This document shows, piece by piece, positions 13,700 through 28,008 of a stretch of DNA of 64,000 bases. The stretch lies in NCBI GenBank assembly GCA_036172245.1, contig JAYWIR010000010.1, positions 3,782,001 through 3,846,000 of the forward strand, written 5' to 3'. Each line of letters begins with the position of its first letter. Within the stretch, counting starts at the first letter, position 1. The stretch comes from Raillietiella orientalis. Its lineage: Eukaryota. The translations under genes and the position numbers were made by a program. Below the pieces are notes generated by a model. It was not told the origin of the DNA. It ran no database searches and worked only from the letters and a program-made list of their open reading frames with translations.

Positions 13700-14050
13700 G
13701 CAGCTGAACAACTTCACTTGGGAATCCTAGAAGAAAACCACTTTTGGAAGAAAGAACAAACGAGCACGAATCGTGAAACTGATGAGAATTCTGTGTAGGT
13801 CCTGAAACCATGTATTGAGAAACATTTCACCTGATGAACACGTGGTTCTTAATGAATTTTGGCTTGCTCCACTCTCCATGGTAAGGAGGCTGCTGCTTTT
13901 TCTAGAGCGCGAGATAGCTGATTGACTGCTAAGGGCATGCGTTCGGTGGATCGGATTTACCTCGACCGAAAGATGCAACCACAAACTGACCTGAGGAACC
14001 TGAAACTCCCAGAAGTTTATCTTTGAGGAAACAACGATTGCAGTGTCCAT
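13700..14050 (+). mobile_element. RTE-like LINE endonuclease remnant
   Basis: Reads FGRKNKRARIVKLMRILCRS*NHVLRNISPDEHVVLNEFWLAP, then LID and GGSDL, matching RTE EN order (FGxxN...LCxxxNLV...TWxHP...IDY...GSDH). Confidence 0.35.
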
Positions 14051-14949
14051 TGCGGCTGTTTTCGACGGTTCCAAAAAAGAAAGATCTTTCAAAGCCAATT
14101 AATTATGGCCATTTCTGGAAGGATGCAGCTACTTATGATGTCGAAAAATCGTGCAGTTTTAGTCTTCAGCACTGCCAAAACAAGCACGCATTTGAAATTT
14201 TTATTTGAGGTACATCTCAAATTATTAAAATTATATCCAATGATGTATTTGAGCAGGGATCTTTTTCCGGAAACGATGCAGCATAACCTGCACAGGACAA
14301 AAATAATGGTTTTTATGGTATTCGGTGGAATGAAAAAATACAAGTGGACTGAAAACACGGTAAAAAAAAGTTTTTTTTTTGTTTTTGGTTTTTTATGTAG
14401 CAGAAAAGAAACCCGTTCGGTCCTGCAATATAACTTGATTATGCAATCCCAAGAAACGAAACAGCCGATTCACCACCATTGCTAGTCGCTGAACGAGTCT
14501 TTCAAATTATAAAACTAAATACTTCCTTTGATCAAAAAACGAAAAATTTTTTTATTGACAGCCTTGCTTGTCCTTGTAATAAAGAGTCGATGCTTGATCG
14601 AACTCTAGCTCTGGCATGAAAAGAAAAAAATGTCATAACTATGGAATTATATTTTTTCCAAGGACTGGAAGATATATAGGAAGATTAGGCGAAAAATTCG
14701 TCCTGTTTTATGATCATTTGTTTAATAAGCTGGATACGTTTGTTTAGTTAACGGAATAAGGTCTGACTAAATTGGTGAATTCTTAAAAGAATTGCCTGGA
14801 CTATCACTGCTTTCACTAGGATCATACGAATCTGCCCTTAAAAGGTTAATGTAAAGGCATTAATGAGAATTGAAAATTTCCAACCATGTAGCAATAGGCA
14901 AAAACTGCATGTACGTTGTGGAGGAGTAACCGAACATGAGTTCATATTT

Positions 14950-15130
14950 CTGGAAAAATGAAAAACCAGATTGAAAAAAGACTTTCAAATAGGCAATGAA
15001 GAAGCATTACAGCATTTACTAGAGTGTTGAGTGATGGCATCACTTCACAATTTTTCGCTGGTGAGACCTTTAGTGACGGATGGATACCTAGAACAGTGCT
15101 GTCATGGTTCTGCGTGATTTGGTAGTCGTA
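14950..15130 (+). mobile_element. RTE-like LINE 3' coding remnant
   Basis: IGNEEAL and FAGETFSDGWIPRTVLSW (cf. IRNEEVL...WAGHVxRMxDxRIPRxVLxW). Confidence 0.3.
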
Positions 15131-17624
15131 CACTCAATTCCCTTTCAGTCTTAGGAATAATGAGGATTTGATTGAAAAAGTAAAATTCAAAATTTCCAAT
15201 ACCTTTGGAAAATTTAGGCAATCAAAATATAATTTATGATAGTCTTAGGCGTTTTATTATTTCTTTACTCATTAATGGAATACTCACTGATGGCATACCA
15301 ATAAATAATAATAACTGATTATTGATGTAAGAATCATTTGAGTAGTAATCTAATAAATACCCATTGAAAAAATTCAGTTGATTTCCTTTTGCAAAACGAA
15401 ACCAGAATGTGAAGTGTACTCAATCTGATGTTTTGCTCCAAGAAAAAAAATATTAAAATAATTTTCGTTTTTTTTCATAGCTTGAGACCTTCTTGCTGTG
15501 AATGCAGCTAAGTGCTTCTTTAGTAATAGCCGATGCAGCATCCAATAAGTTAAACAGTGAACACAGCTTAAGAGAAGGTCCTATAGAAACCTTGTTTTCA
15601 CCTTCGGCTCAACTCTTCAAAGAGCTTGGATTTGCATTTTGTGGCAGATTAAACATAAATCGTAATCTAAAAGATTTGGAAAAAAAGTTAGAACATGCTT
15701 GTAAAAATGATATCTTGCTCATTTAGAAAGAGGAAAATTAACAAAGCAAAATATATATTACAATTAATAGCTATCAAATGTGTCTATGTTTGAAGGTTAG
15801 TGATTACTCAGTTTTGCTTGTTTGTTTGTTTAAGAGCGTTTAGATTATCACCCTAAAAAAAACATCCTCTCCTCACAGATGTATTGCTATTTGTTATTCA
15901 CTTTACATTCAAATATTAACTGATTTTATGCCTGCCATAATGGTAAAATTGAATCCTATTATTTTAAATATTTTATGAATCAACATGATAATTTAAGCAA
16001 TAATAATAAACCCTTTTCATCCTTTTGAGTCGAGTCTTTTACAAGAAGATGAGGTAAGAATTTTAAGAAAAAATATTCCTAGGTCACCCTCCAAACACTA
16101 TCAAATACTTTAAAACCAAAAATATGTAAAGGAAAAATATGTAATTTCTGTATGCATTTAAAAAAAAAATATAAAGACCAATTCAAATTTGCAACAGGTG
16201 TCTAAAACCAAATAACATAAGCTGTACAGAATTCAGTTTGCTTACTTACTTAAAATCAAATCGACTGGGGTATATGGAGAAGGCATAAAGTAAATGTACT
16301 ATCAAAAAGGACAAATTGTCGTATTAAGTAATCAAACTGGCAGATGCAAGCGTGAAAGTCAGCGGTAAAAGAAAGGTATTTCTAAATCTCTCCGTTACAT
16401 GCAGAGTACAATACAAACTCTGCATGAGAGTAAGGTATGTGGAATTTACTACATATATAATACCAGTAATATTACCACATGTAGAATTTGGTCGTACTTT
16501 TCCGTGAAGGTTTTTCCCCAACATGATGTTTTTGTGTATGAAAAATATCTGCATATACGTTTAATGATTGTTTCCAAGTTATCGGTTTGAGTCTGGTAAT
16601 CTTAAAATGAAATCTGTCTAACGATATTGCATGAAAATATCTCGTGATGAAAATACCTCCCACAAAACAGTTTCAAGCCATCAAGACAAAGCATACACAA
16701 GTCTTGGCACGTATAGAAACTGTGGTTAAGTGAAAATATTTTCCTGGTCTTAACTCGTCGCTTTGCACGGTGTAAGCTTGTAAGACAAGTGCAATACTCA
16801 GAAGCTTAAACTGTCTCACACCGAACTTTTTATTCCATGTAGAATGTGTGATAGGATGAGAAAATGGTGTATAAGCTGTTCATGACTTCACGACCTTTTT
16901 GCTCTCGGAACATTGATAGAGTTAAAATATTGTAACCCTTACGTAACATCCGCATGCATTTTATTGTCCAGTTTTCTATTGGTAGAATTTCAAAAATTTA
17001 GCTAGATCGCAAAAATTGCCTCTAAATGAAGACAGATTTGTCAACTTGGATGGACATTAATGCATCGAAAGATCAGACGAGCCACATATTAAAGAACACA
17101 ATTGAATTCAGCTAAATGCAAGTCGCAATTAAAATAATGGTTTGCCCAGTTACTGGATCCTTTGCATTCACAAGCCAAAGATCAGGTAATCTATTGATGT
17201 CACAAGAAAATTAAGTGCATGTAAAGTCGGCGGGGTATGAAGTAAAAAAATAATTAAATTGGTGATTTGTTCACTTAAGACGAAAATAAAAAGTGGACTT
17301 TTAATCCACACCATCCTCGATTCCTTAATAGCAAATATTTTACCACAATCTTCAAGTTAATTAACACATGCACCTTGAATTAGTACTTGAAAAGTCCTTT
17401 AATTAAAATGGATTTGTCAGTATACTACAGTAACAGACCATTCATCACAAACTGTTTGAATAAAACAACTGAGCAATAATCTTTGATATCACAATTTATT
17501 AAAAATAGTCTTATTTGTTTGATCACAACAGTGTCTTGTGTAAGGACACTTATATAAAAACGCAATATAAAGATAAGCCTTTTATGCAAGTGATATGATA
17601 AATCCACTTGCATAAAAGTAACAT

Positions 17625-19411
<1,787 letters not shown>

Positions 19412-22206
19412 GATTCTCAGAGATCATTAATACCACTGGTGCAAATTACAAAACTGATATACACTCATTTAAAAATATATCACAGCCTCTGCATAAAAGG
19501 CAAAGCTTTGATATATCTGTGTAATGATTACAATTTATTTTATGTTCCATATATGAACGGAATGCTTGTCTGAACATTTATAAAAGCAATAAATTATTCA
19601 TATTTCCATACAGTTGCTTTCTAGAAAAAAATATTGCTATGAAAATTCAGTTTGCACTTACAAAAGTCCTCCAACCAAAAAACCAGATCGTTTGGGATTG
19701 AAATACATTTTCAAAGTTATTTACGTTTTTCATTTGGTTTTTCATTAGAGATTACCACTCAAACGTGACTTACCACAAAGATAGCATTCAAACTTCCAGT
19801 TAAAGCTCTCGAGAGTATTAATCCACAATGTCTTTCAAACAATTTCGATCAAGGATACGCAAGTATACCTTCCTCAGCATAACCGCTTCCAGAGCAATGA
19901 CACAGGATGCTTAATTTCACGTAAAGAAAAAACACATTTTGTAGGTGGCACATAAGACGCATGCGTGCCATGCACATGTGCTGACTGTTTTTCCTGTACG
20001 ATATCTGCCGTGTACCGCATATAGGGGACGATTACGAAAGCAAAAGAATGTAGAGCACGAGAACATGCGGGATGCATAAAGAAAGATACTGCTTTCAAAA
20101 ACACTTCTGATGTGTGTTCTTTTTATGTATATTAACGCTTTTTGATTACCCTATTCTTTCATTTGGAATTAAGATATTTCCCATGAGTGAAAAAAAAATA
20201 AACCTCAAGTGCTTAAGAGTTGATGAAGAGCTCTGTTGATCAAAAAGCGATCACTATAATTGGAAATTACTTGAATAGCAGATGACTCATGTTTGATACT
20301 TATGATGCATCTCCCTTGAATCAAGAGATCTCAGACATGGAAACTCCCAGAAATACAGATTTTATTATGCCCGCATTTGTTTATGTGTACTGATCCTTTT
20401 CACATTCTTGTTGTACATTAGATGTTTGAATACTTTAATTAATTGCTGTTTTCTGTGTCTCGTTTGTCTTCTTTATTTGTTTACTCTCACTTAATGATAG
20501 TGCATTTTAAATACATTGTAATGCATTTGTAAATTTTACAAATGCGCTCGAAAAAATCAAAATAGGGAAAACATCGTTTTAACCTGGAAAGAAAATAAAC
20601 TGATTTAAGAAGAGGGCCAATTCGAAGAGCCTGAAACTGAGACTGGCATACGTAAGCGCCTCAGAAATCATCGAAGATCACTATTATACTTGTAACAGTA
20701 ATAGTTACATGCCTCGTCAGTAAATCGAGTAGCAATATTTGGAAATGAATTATGATGAAGAGTCAAAAAAATAAAATGAAATGAGAAGAGTGGAAGCAAT
20801 GTCACTGTTGACTTATCCAAAATTTAGCCCCTGTGAAATAGCCACTGTAATTACAGTTTCAAAGTAAAACCAAAATGATTTGTATGAACTGCAAAATCAT
20901 GTGCATTGATCTCCGCATTGTGATACTTTTCAATATTTATTCCGTGAATTTGTATTTGTTTTGCATTCGCACTCGCATGATTACTGAGAGCTGTGATAAA
21001 GGAATATTACCCTGTGACAGAAAAAGCAGTACTGCTTCTAAAGTGGAGTAGGAGGGATAATTTCAAAATTTTTTTACCATTTGAGCTAATTCTAAAGCGG
21101 TCCGAAGTTTGTAATAACTTGACAGTAAAACTTTAAAAATATCAAATATTAGAATTAAATATTAAATATTAGAACTCATTGATATCAAAAGGAAACCATT
21201 GACGTAAATTATCTTTCATAGCATTTCTGAGGAGATTCATTATTAGAAAACTGAAGGATCAAAACTAGACAAAAGGACTTCATGAGAGGATAAATGGAAT
21301 ATTCACTAGAGTCAAAATAGGGCAAAAATAAAATTCTTGTTTTTATGGGTCTAAAAATCAAAAGTCTGTGATGTCAAATCATCAAAATATTTGATAGTGC
21401 TAGATGAACAAAGCATTTATATTTCGTTTATATTCATATTCAAATTTCATTAAGCAGGATAAACATATTGTAATTTTAAGGTAAAGAAAATAGTTCTTAA
21501 GCGTATAAAATGAAAAAAATCTTCCTCATAAAAATAGAGAAGGAGAACAAAAGAAAGGTCTCTATCACCAAAAATCAGGAGTAATTCTTAATATTTAGAA
21601 ACTACAAACTGGTTGCGGACCTCATAACTTATCACCATCAAGTCAAAATAACGACATTTTTTTATGAACTTATAATCAATGTAAATAAACGCTATTAATC
21701 CCTTCAATGCTTGATTTTCTCCATTTTAGGATTTATCTTGTTTAGAAATCTTAAATCCTGAAAAATGAAAATTAGCGGTGTTTCTCAGTTCCAAGTTCAC
21801 GATTTTGTTGATTACGCCTGACATCTGAAGAAACAGCCATCATAGGTTATATGCATCGCATGAGGGAATAGCTTTTTTGATTAAGCAGTCCATTGAGTTA
21901 TTCTAAAATATGTAATGTTCCCTATCAAGAATTTTAAAATTCTTTGTTGTCCAAATACATAAATTGTGAATGTGGGCGCTCTGCTTTGAAGTTTGATCAA
22001 CTCACTGGTTGTCATAGTTGAGCCTTGAAACGAAACCGTTTAACTATTGCCATTGCTCAATGCAAGCAGGGAAGCAGTCACATCACCATCTTGTTTGCCG
22101 GATTAGCATTCGATCCCATGTAACCCATCAGTCTACGTTGATTGGAGATGTTTTCTTCCCTCTAAATTGCTGAATATTTTCCCCGAATGAGTTGCAAGAC
22201 AATTGC

Positions 22207-22737
22207 ATGATGGCAGACGTAGCAGAGAGGTTGCAAAATGACATTTCAGAATTAAAAATTAAATACAATGAAACCGAAAGTATTCTGCTGGAAGTAGAAT
22301 CAAGCATTTCCGAGAAAACACGTCAGGCGAAGGAACTAAAACTGAAAGTGAAAAAGTGTAGAGAATCTTCAACCCATAAGCAGAGAATGAAAGTGATGAA
22401 CATATATGAATGGTTCCTAGAAACGATCACTGAAAGGGTCTTCACGACAGATGAAATGTTTCGACGATGTTATCATCCTACCGACGTATGCCTCGTATTT
22501 TTAATCCGCTCCATGTGTCTGTACTTTTTGAATCATGCAGAAAAGGACGCCCTGGTGACGGAAATCCTCCAGACAACACAGCAAGATAGCGTCATGAATC
22601 TTGTCAAGAGCATTCTGATACAGATATCCGATACCCAGAAAAAAATGCACTCAATCATGAAACTTCTGGAAGAAGAGAGTCCCGTGGATATAATCCAAAA
22701 ATTACTGCATAGGTCAGATCTATTTTTTGCCTCCTAG
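22207..22737 (+). CDS. Uncharacterised ORF of about 176 aa with an N-terminal coiled coil
   Basis: 531-nt stop-free frame from ATG 22207 in AT-rich DNA, with heptad-like LQNDISELKIKYNETESILLEVESSISEK. A possible intron at 22713-22788 would extend the C-terminus to TAA at ~22837. No family recognised. Confidence 0.45.
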   Translation: MMADVAERLQNDISELKIKYNETESILLEVESSISEKTRQAKELKLKVKKCRESSTHKQRMKVMNIYEWFLETITERVFTTDEMFRRCYHPTDVCLVFLIRSMCLYFLNHAEKDALVTEILQTTQQDSVMNLVKSILIQISDTQKKMHSIMKLLEEESPVDIIQKLLHRSDLFFAS

Positions 22738-25458
22738 CTGTTGAAAATATTTTTATTTTTTTTGTTGAAAATATTTTTATTGCTACAGACTACACATACT
22801 CACAGTTGCAGAAATCATGCAGTTGCAATGTTTCTAAAAGTAGTTCAGTAACTATCCAAGTGTTTAAAGCATAGTCAGTTAAAAATAAGGTGGACTAGTT
22901 AATGAGTTTTAAAATCGATTATCAATCATTTATCAGCACATATCAATCTCACTTGGATGTAGCAACTCTTTGATAGCACGTAAATTTCACTTCCTTTTTT
23001 CGATTCACGAGATGTTGAAGTGAATCTATAAATGACCAAATATCTCTCCATTTCTGAATTCCCACAAATTGAAAATTTCGCCTGCTTCATAAATTAAATC
23101 AAGGTGTGCACTGAATGTGAATAACCTTATGAAAATGTGTGCAGAAAACCATTTCCTTTGTTCAAGCTTAATTTCATTTATCCAAAATTAAGTTACTGAT
23201 TTCTGATTGAAAATTTTTTAGATTTAGAAAGTGTCAGACAGTATCAGTCAGAGAAGTTATGAGACCCGTCATCCTTGAAATGAAATTAATGCACAAAAAG
23301 AAACAAAAACGAAAATCAAATACCCAAACTATTGTATCCAATGCTATCGAGCAATGAAGAAAAGGAAAGATACTGATATCACCATCTGATGGATCTTTTT
23401 TTGTACATTCAGTATGAAAAGATATTCTTGGAATACATGTAAATTTGCCTTAATTAAGGAATTGACGTATTAAAAAAGTCTTACGCTAGTATTTGCCGTT
23501 TTATGAATTATCCTCAAGAAATCACTTACTAATTACGAATTTATCCGTTACTCATATTTTCCGATTCCGCTTTGAACTTAATGGAAAGACAGATTTGTTT
23601 TTTTACCCCAAATCAAAACTCCTTTCTCGGCGGCATAAATTAAACTGAACAAAATTGTCAACGGAAATTGGAAAAAATCGTTTTAATAATTCTTTTGCAT
23701 TTAGAAATTCGTTACTGATTCTCAACTCTTTGTATTGTATTGCTTATGTTTATTCCTCATGAATAGGAATAAGTTTTCTGAGAGCATAATAAAGAGATTT
23801 GTAATTCATTTTAATTCATTCCATTATGTTACGACTAGTGTGTTAAGAAAATCTCAAGTTCCAAGCAGAAGTTTGGATCTCTCTTTGGAAGCATTTTTCA
23901 AATGAATGCAATATGTACAATATACAAAAACAGATGAACTCTTGCAAGTAAACTCCGGATGAAAAGGATTCAGCTAAAGTTGAGAACAGTAGAACACTGT
24001 GTGCGGATGACAAAGGAGTTTTCGAAAAGATACACTCCTTCATACTCTTTTGTGAATTGTAACATTTGTTTTTATAGCTCATGATTCCCTTTCTGCAAAT
24101 TACTTTCCATCTATATTTTGATTTCTTCTTATCCTAAGTTGGCGTTATCAAACTGTCAGATAGGTAGAGAATACGTGACTTAAACATCCAAATTTTTCAC
24201 TTCTTGGAAGTAAACTAATTAAAAACCACATAGATTCTTAACTGATACAGCTGGTGTTAATTGATGTAACTGATAGTTCTAACAGAAAGACCAAAAAAGC
24301 AAAGATGTTTTTCTTCAAGAAAGAAAAAGAGACATACACTAAAAACTTAAATCATAATACACAAGAAGACCCTAAGAAGTAATAAGTGTAGGTTTTTCCA
24401 ATAATAAGAAGCACTGTTTTATATTATTTAAGAAGTCTAACATTCTTATACAACAAGATTAAACTCATGACAGATACAGCTTCTTAAGGAAAGGAAATTC
24501 ACAATTCTGAATTACCGGAGAAAAAGAGTAACAAAAATGATAGAAGAAATAATAGAAAGTTAGCGAATGAGAGAGTACCAAGGAAGATGCTATCACGATG
24601 CTAAAACGGTTTTAGATTATCGCCGGCAAATATCGAAATACTCGAAAAAGAAATCGAAAAGACATCAAAGAAATAACTCAGATTGTAAATCTGCTTTGAA
24701 GAAAGGATCAGATATCTGGAAACTCAACTTGCTGACTCTGCAAAAATACTAAATTTGTTACAACTCTGGAGAGAGGAAAATATTTTCAATAAATCAAAAC
24801 TACTTTATGCTATATTTCAAGAAACTTTTAATTTCCTAGAACTCGTCTTTTTTTGCTGATGCAAAAACAAAGATGAACAAAATAATGAAGAGCTTAGGGA
24901 GATTTGAATTTAAAGCAGTTTGCATGTCCATATAGAAAAATCAAAATATAATGATACTTCAACAATAGAATACATAACAACAACATACCTGACCTACCGA
25001 ACCAAATGTAATGGTGGATCTCGTGGTTGTAAACTCAACTTTGTAGTTTTAGAGCGCAAATAACAAGCCGAACGAAACCGGGAATCCTCACGAGGTTACT
25101 GTTCCTGGTTACTGTGCTAAGTCTCTGATTTAAGTCCCAGCATTTTTCTGCTATTCTATTAACGGAAAGTTCCAGGGAGTTTCAAAGCTCTTTTGTCAGT
25201 GGAGCGGCAATTTGCTTAGAAAAAGTACGAGAATAGTCCAATGCTTCGTGAGATATGCTCACTACCGATTTCTGTGGAGACTTGAAGGATTCAGGGTTTC
25301 TGTGAGTTGTAAAGAAGCAAAGAGCAAACGAGCTGATCACTACTATGCTTGTCGTTTTGCTGCCAAAGTGCTTTTCTCTATTTATTCTCTTTCTTTCTCT
25401 ATTCTGTTCTTTTCTCTCTTCTTTCTCTCTCTTTTCTCCTAATCTCTCCCTCCTAGTA

Positions 25459-25612
25459 CATAAGGCAGTGAATGACTGAGTGCCAGAAGTATGCAGTCTA
25501 CGAAGGGGGTACTCATGCAAATACTGTTACCACTGAGAATCAGGAGTAATCGGTTTAAACATATTCGTTAATTGAGTTTGCATTATTGTCCTCAATTACG
25601 TGTGAAAAGATG
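25459..25612 (+). repeat. Dispersed repeat, copy 1 (second copy at 27299-27431)
   Basis: Shared blocks CATAAGGCA, TGCCAGAAGTATGCAGT, AGGAGTAATC.GTTTAAACATATT.GTTAATTGAGTTT and GTGAAAAGATG, in the same orientation. Confidence 0.85.
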
Positions 25613-26049
25613 ATTACAAAATCAGATAACCAGACTGATCGACTGCATTCTCTTTTCCCGATTTATTGTTTTCATCGTGAGCGCTTGATGGTAACATTCG
25701 TCTGGATCCGCCGCTCTTTGCTTTGTTCATGTATCCTGTTAGCAATCTTTACTCTTTAAACTAAGTCGTGAACAAGATTCTATGATAAGATTTGCAGAAG
25801 AAGAACAAGCGAGTTCTTTCGATATCCATGGAAGAATTTCGTAACAGGATTTCATTTAATAGCTGTTAGAAAAAACTGAGTTTCTTGACTCTGCTTAAAT
25901 TTTTAGATCTCATTGTCTTTAGGGTGGTTTTCATGATGCTTGCTTAGGACAGCATACATCTCTAAATAGGATTCTTCATTTATCTTATCCTTCAGGTGTA
26001 CGAGTGTTTGATCCTTGGTACCTTCTGAAAAATTCATGCACTGTCGTGG

Positions 26050-26750
26050 AAGGAATATGGAATCGTAAGACGATTCTACAACTAATATGGACTGATTGTC
26101 CGTATCACAGATACCATATCTAAGCTGAATGAACAGTGCTTGTTCATCATGAAACCAAAAGTGCGCTATTCTGTCTACTCTTTACTAAGGCTCTCGGCAC
26201 GAATAAGTTTTTTTTTATCGTAAAAGATGCATGCTTTAAAACGAAACTATTATAATTTTAAAATTGGATTCAAGCTCGTAAGTAGCTGATGGATCATTTA
26301 AAAGTTAAAACACAATTCCACTTCTTTCAGCTAAAGAGTGGAATTTCAAAAGAGTGCTTTTACAATATTTATCTTGAAGTGAGAACAAATTCAAGCTACG
26401 AAGAAGAAAGGGATTCTGGGATGACAAAATATCGTGAAATCCATGGACCGAGGTCGAGATGGTTCTTGAATTACGAGGTTCCCACGCAACGACACGGCTT
26501 CGCAGAATGATCGCCATGCCTGAACAGCATGGAGACGTACATTGGTTGAAATCCCCCTAGTACTCTAAATTTAGTGGATATCGTATTTTGACGTAGGATC
26601 TTAGAGATTGTTAGTGAGTATTTCCTGCTTGGAGTTTCGCAAATGCAAGGAATTAGCCCCGTGTGCATTTATTAAATCAGTGTCACCGGATTCTCGTAAT
26701 TGGACTTTGCATGGAAAATAGGGACGAGCTAAACTGATAAACTCGTAATA
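26050..26750 (+). mobile_element. Decayed LINE RT remnant
   Basis: YGLIVRITDTISKLNEQCL (cf. NYRPISLxxxISKLxE) and GVSQMQGISPV (cf. GVPQGxxLSP). Confidence 0.25.
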
Positions 26751-27298
26751 AAGCCCTTTAAAGAAGGAAGAAGGCGAAATAGTAAGCACGTAGCGACTGA
26801 TCGTATGCCTTACGAGTATACATAGAATATTACAAGTCAACAATAAAGTAGTGTACGTGAAATCAGTCCAGTTGTATTTAAATAATATGGGAACTGTAAA
26901 AAAGTGACGTGTGGCACATCTTTTCAACTGGTAAAACCAGTAACAAATAAAAAAGGTCCTTTTTAGCCATCAAGTACATATAACTTGTAATTGTGTGAAC
27001 TAAAACGCAAAATCCTTTGCATGTGATTGCTTGTGCTGGAAGTCTTTCTACGTTCTAGTGAAAAATTAAAATAGCAACAAAGACTTGCCAAGCATCGTGC
27101 CATGACACGAATTAAATGCAAGTCTGATTCGGAAACTTATGTATTTGTAGTGTTTATTGGGAAAAAATGATCTAACAAGGCGTGTTTTCCAGTGCATGTG
27201 GCTTTTTCAAATTCGTGCATCCGTTTTTGCACTGCAAGTGCTCTTGCAAAATGATACTGTGGCATCAACAGAATTTGTAAACATGTGAAAATGGGCAA

Positions 27299-27431
27299 CA
27301 TAAGGCAATGACTGCATGCCAGAAGTATGCAGTATAGGAAGGGCACTCATACAAATATTAGGAGTAATCAGTTTAAACATATTTGTTAATTGAGTTTTGC
27401 ATTATTATCCCTAATTACATGTGAAAAGATG
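27299..27431 (+). repeat. Dispersed repeat, copy 2
   Basis: Aligns to 25459-25612 with one indel of about 19 nt. Confidence 0.85.
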
Positions 27432-28008
27432 CTAATACTGCAACATGAACTTGGATTGTCTCGCTCATGGCAGCTCTGTTTTAATTTAACTAACACTGCT
27501 TAGAAAACCAAAGTTAACTGGATTAACCCAAACATAGAGGAAGGCATTCAATAGATTCTATGTACATTTAAGTCTTCCTATCACTTTACAAGATGTTTAG
27601 GAGCTGCAATCACAAGTTAGATCATTGCTTCATTTTTCATATCATATCAATAGCATACAGAACATTAATTTGGAAACATTCTAACATATTTTCTACTTTA
27701 CTAACTACCATTTAAATTATCATTCCTAAAGAATTGTTTAAGTAAATTTTTACAGCTGCATTTGTAAAATAGGAGGATAATGTTAATCTAGTCCAAGTGG
27801 TACTAGAGCTTCTAAACTGAGAAATTGTCCAGGGTTAATACTCTGAATGTCTGTTATTTTAAGCAGAATTCACTCTTGACATAAATAAAACAGAAATACT
27901 TTTGTTCCAAATCAGTTAACATCCCCAATTGGTCATATTGATTATTTTTAAGATTTATTAGAATTATGAATTGCTGACTATTATAGGTGTAGAGAGTCAG
28001 CTGATCAT

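Noticed and set aside
22486..22540. Intron-like GTATGC...TGCAG inside the orphan ORF
   Set aside because: Removing 55 nt causes a frameshift and a stop within 6 codons.
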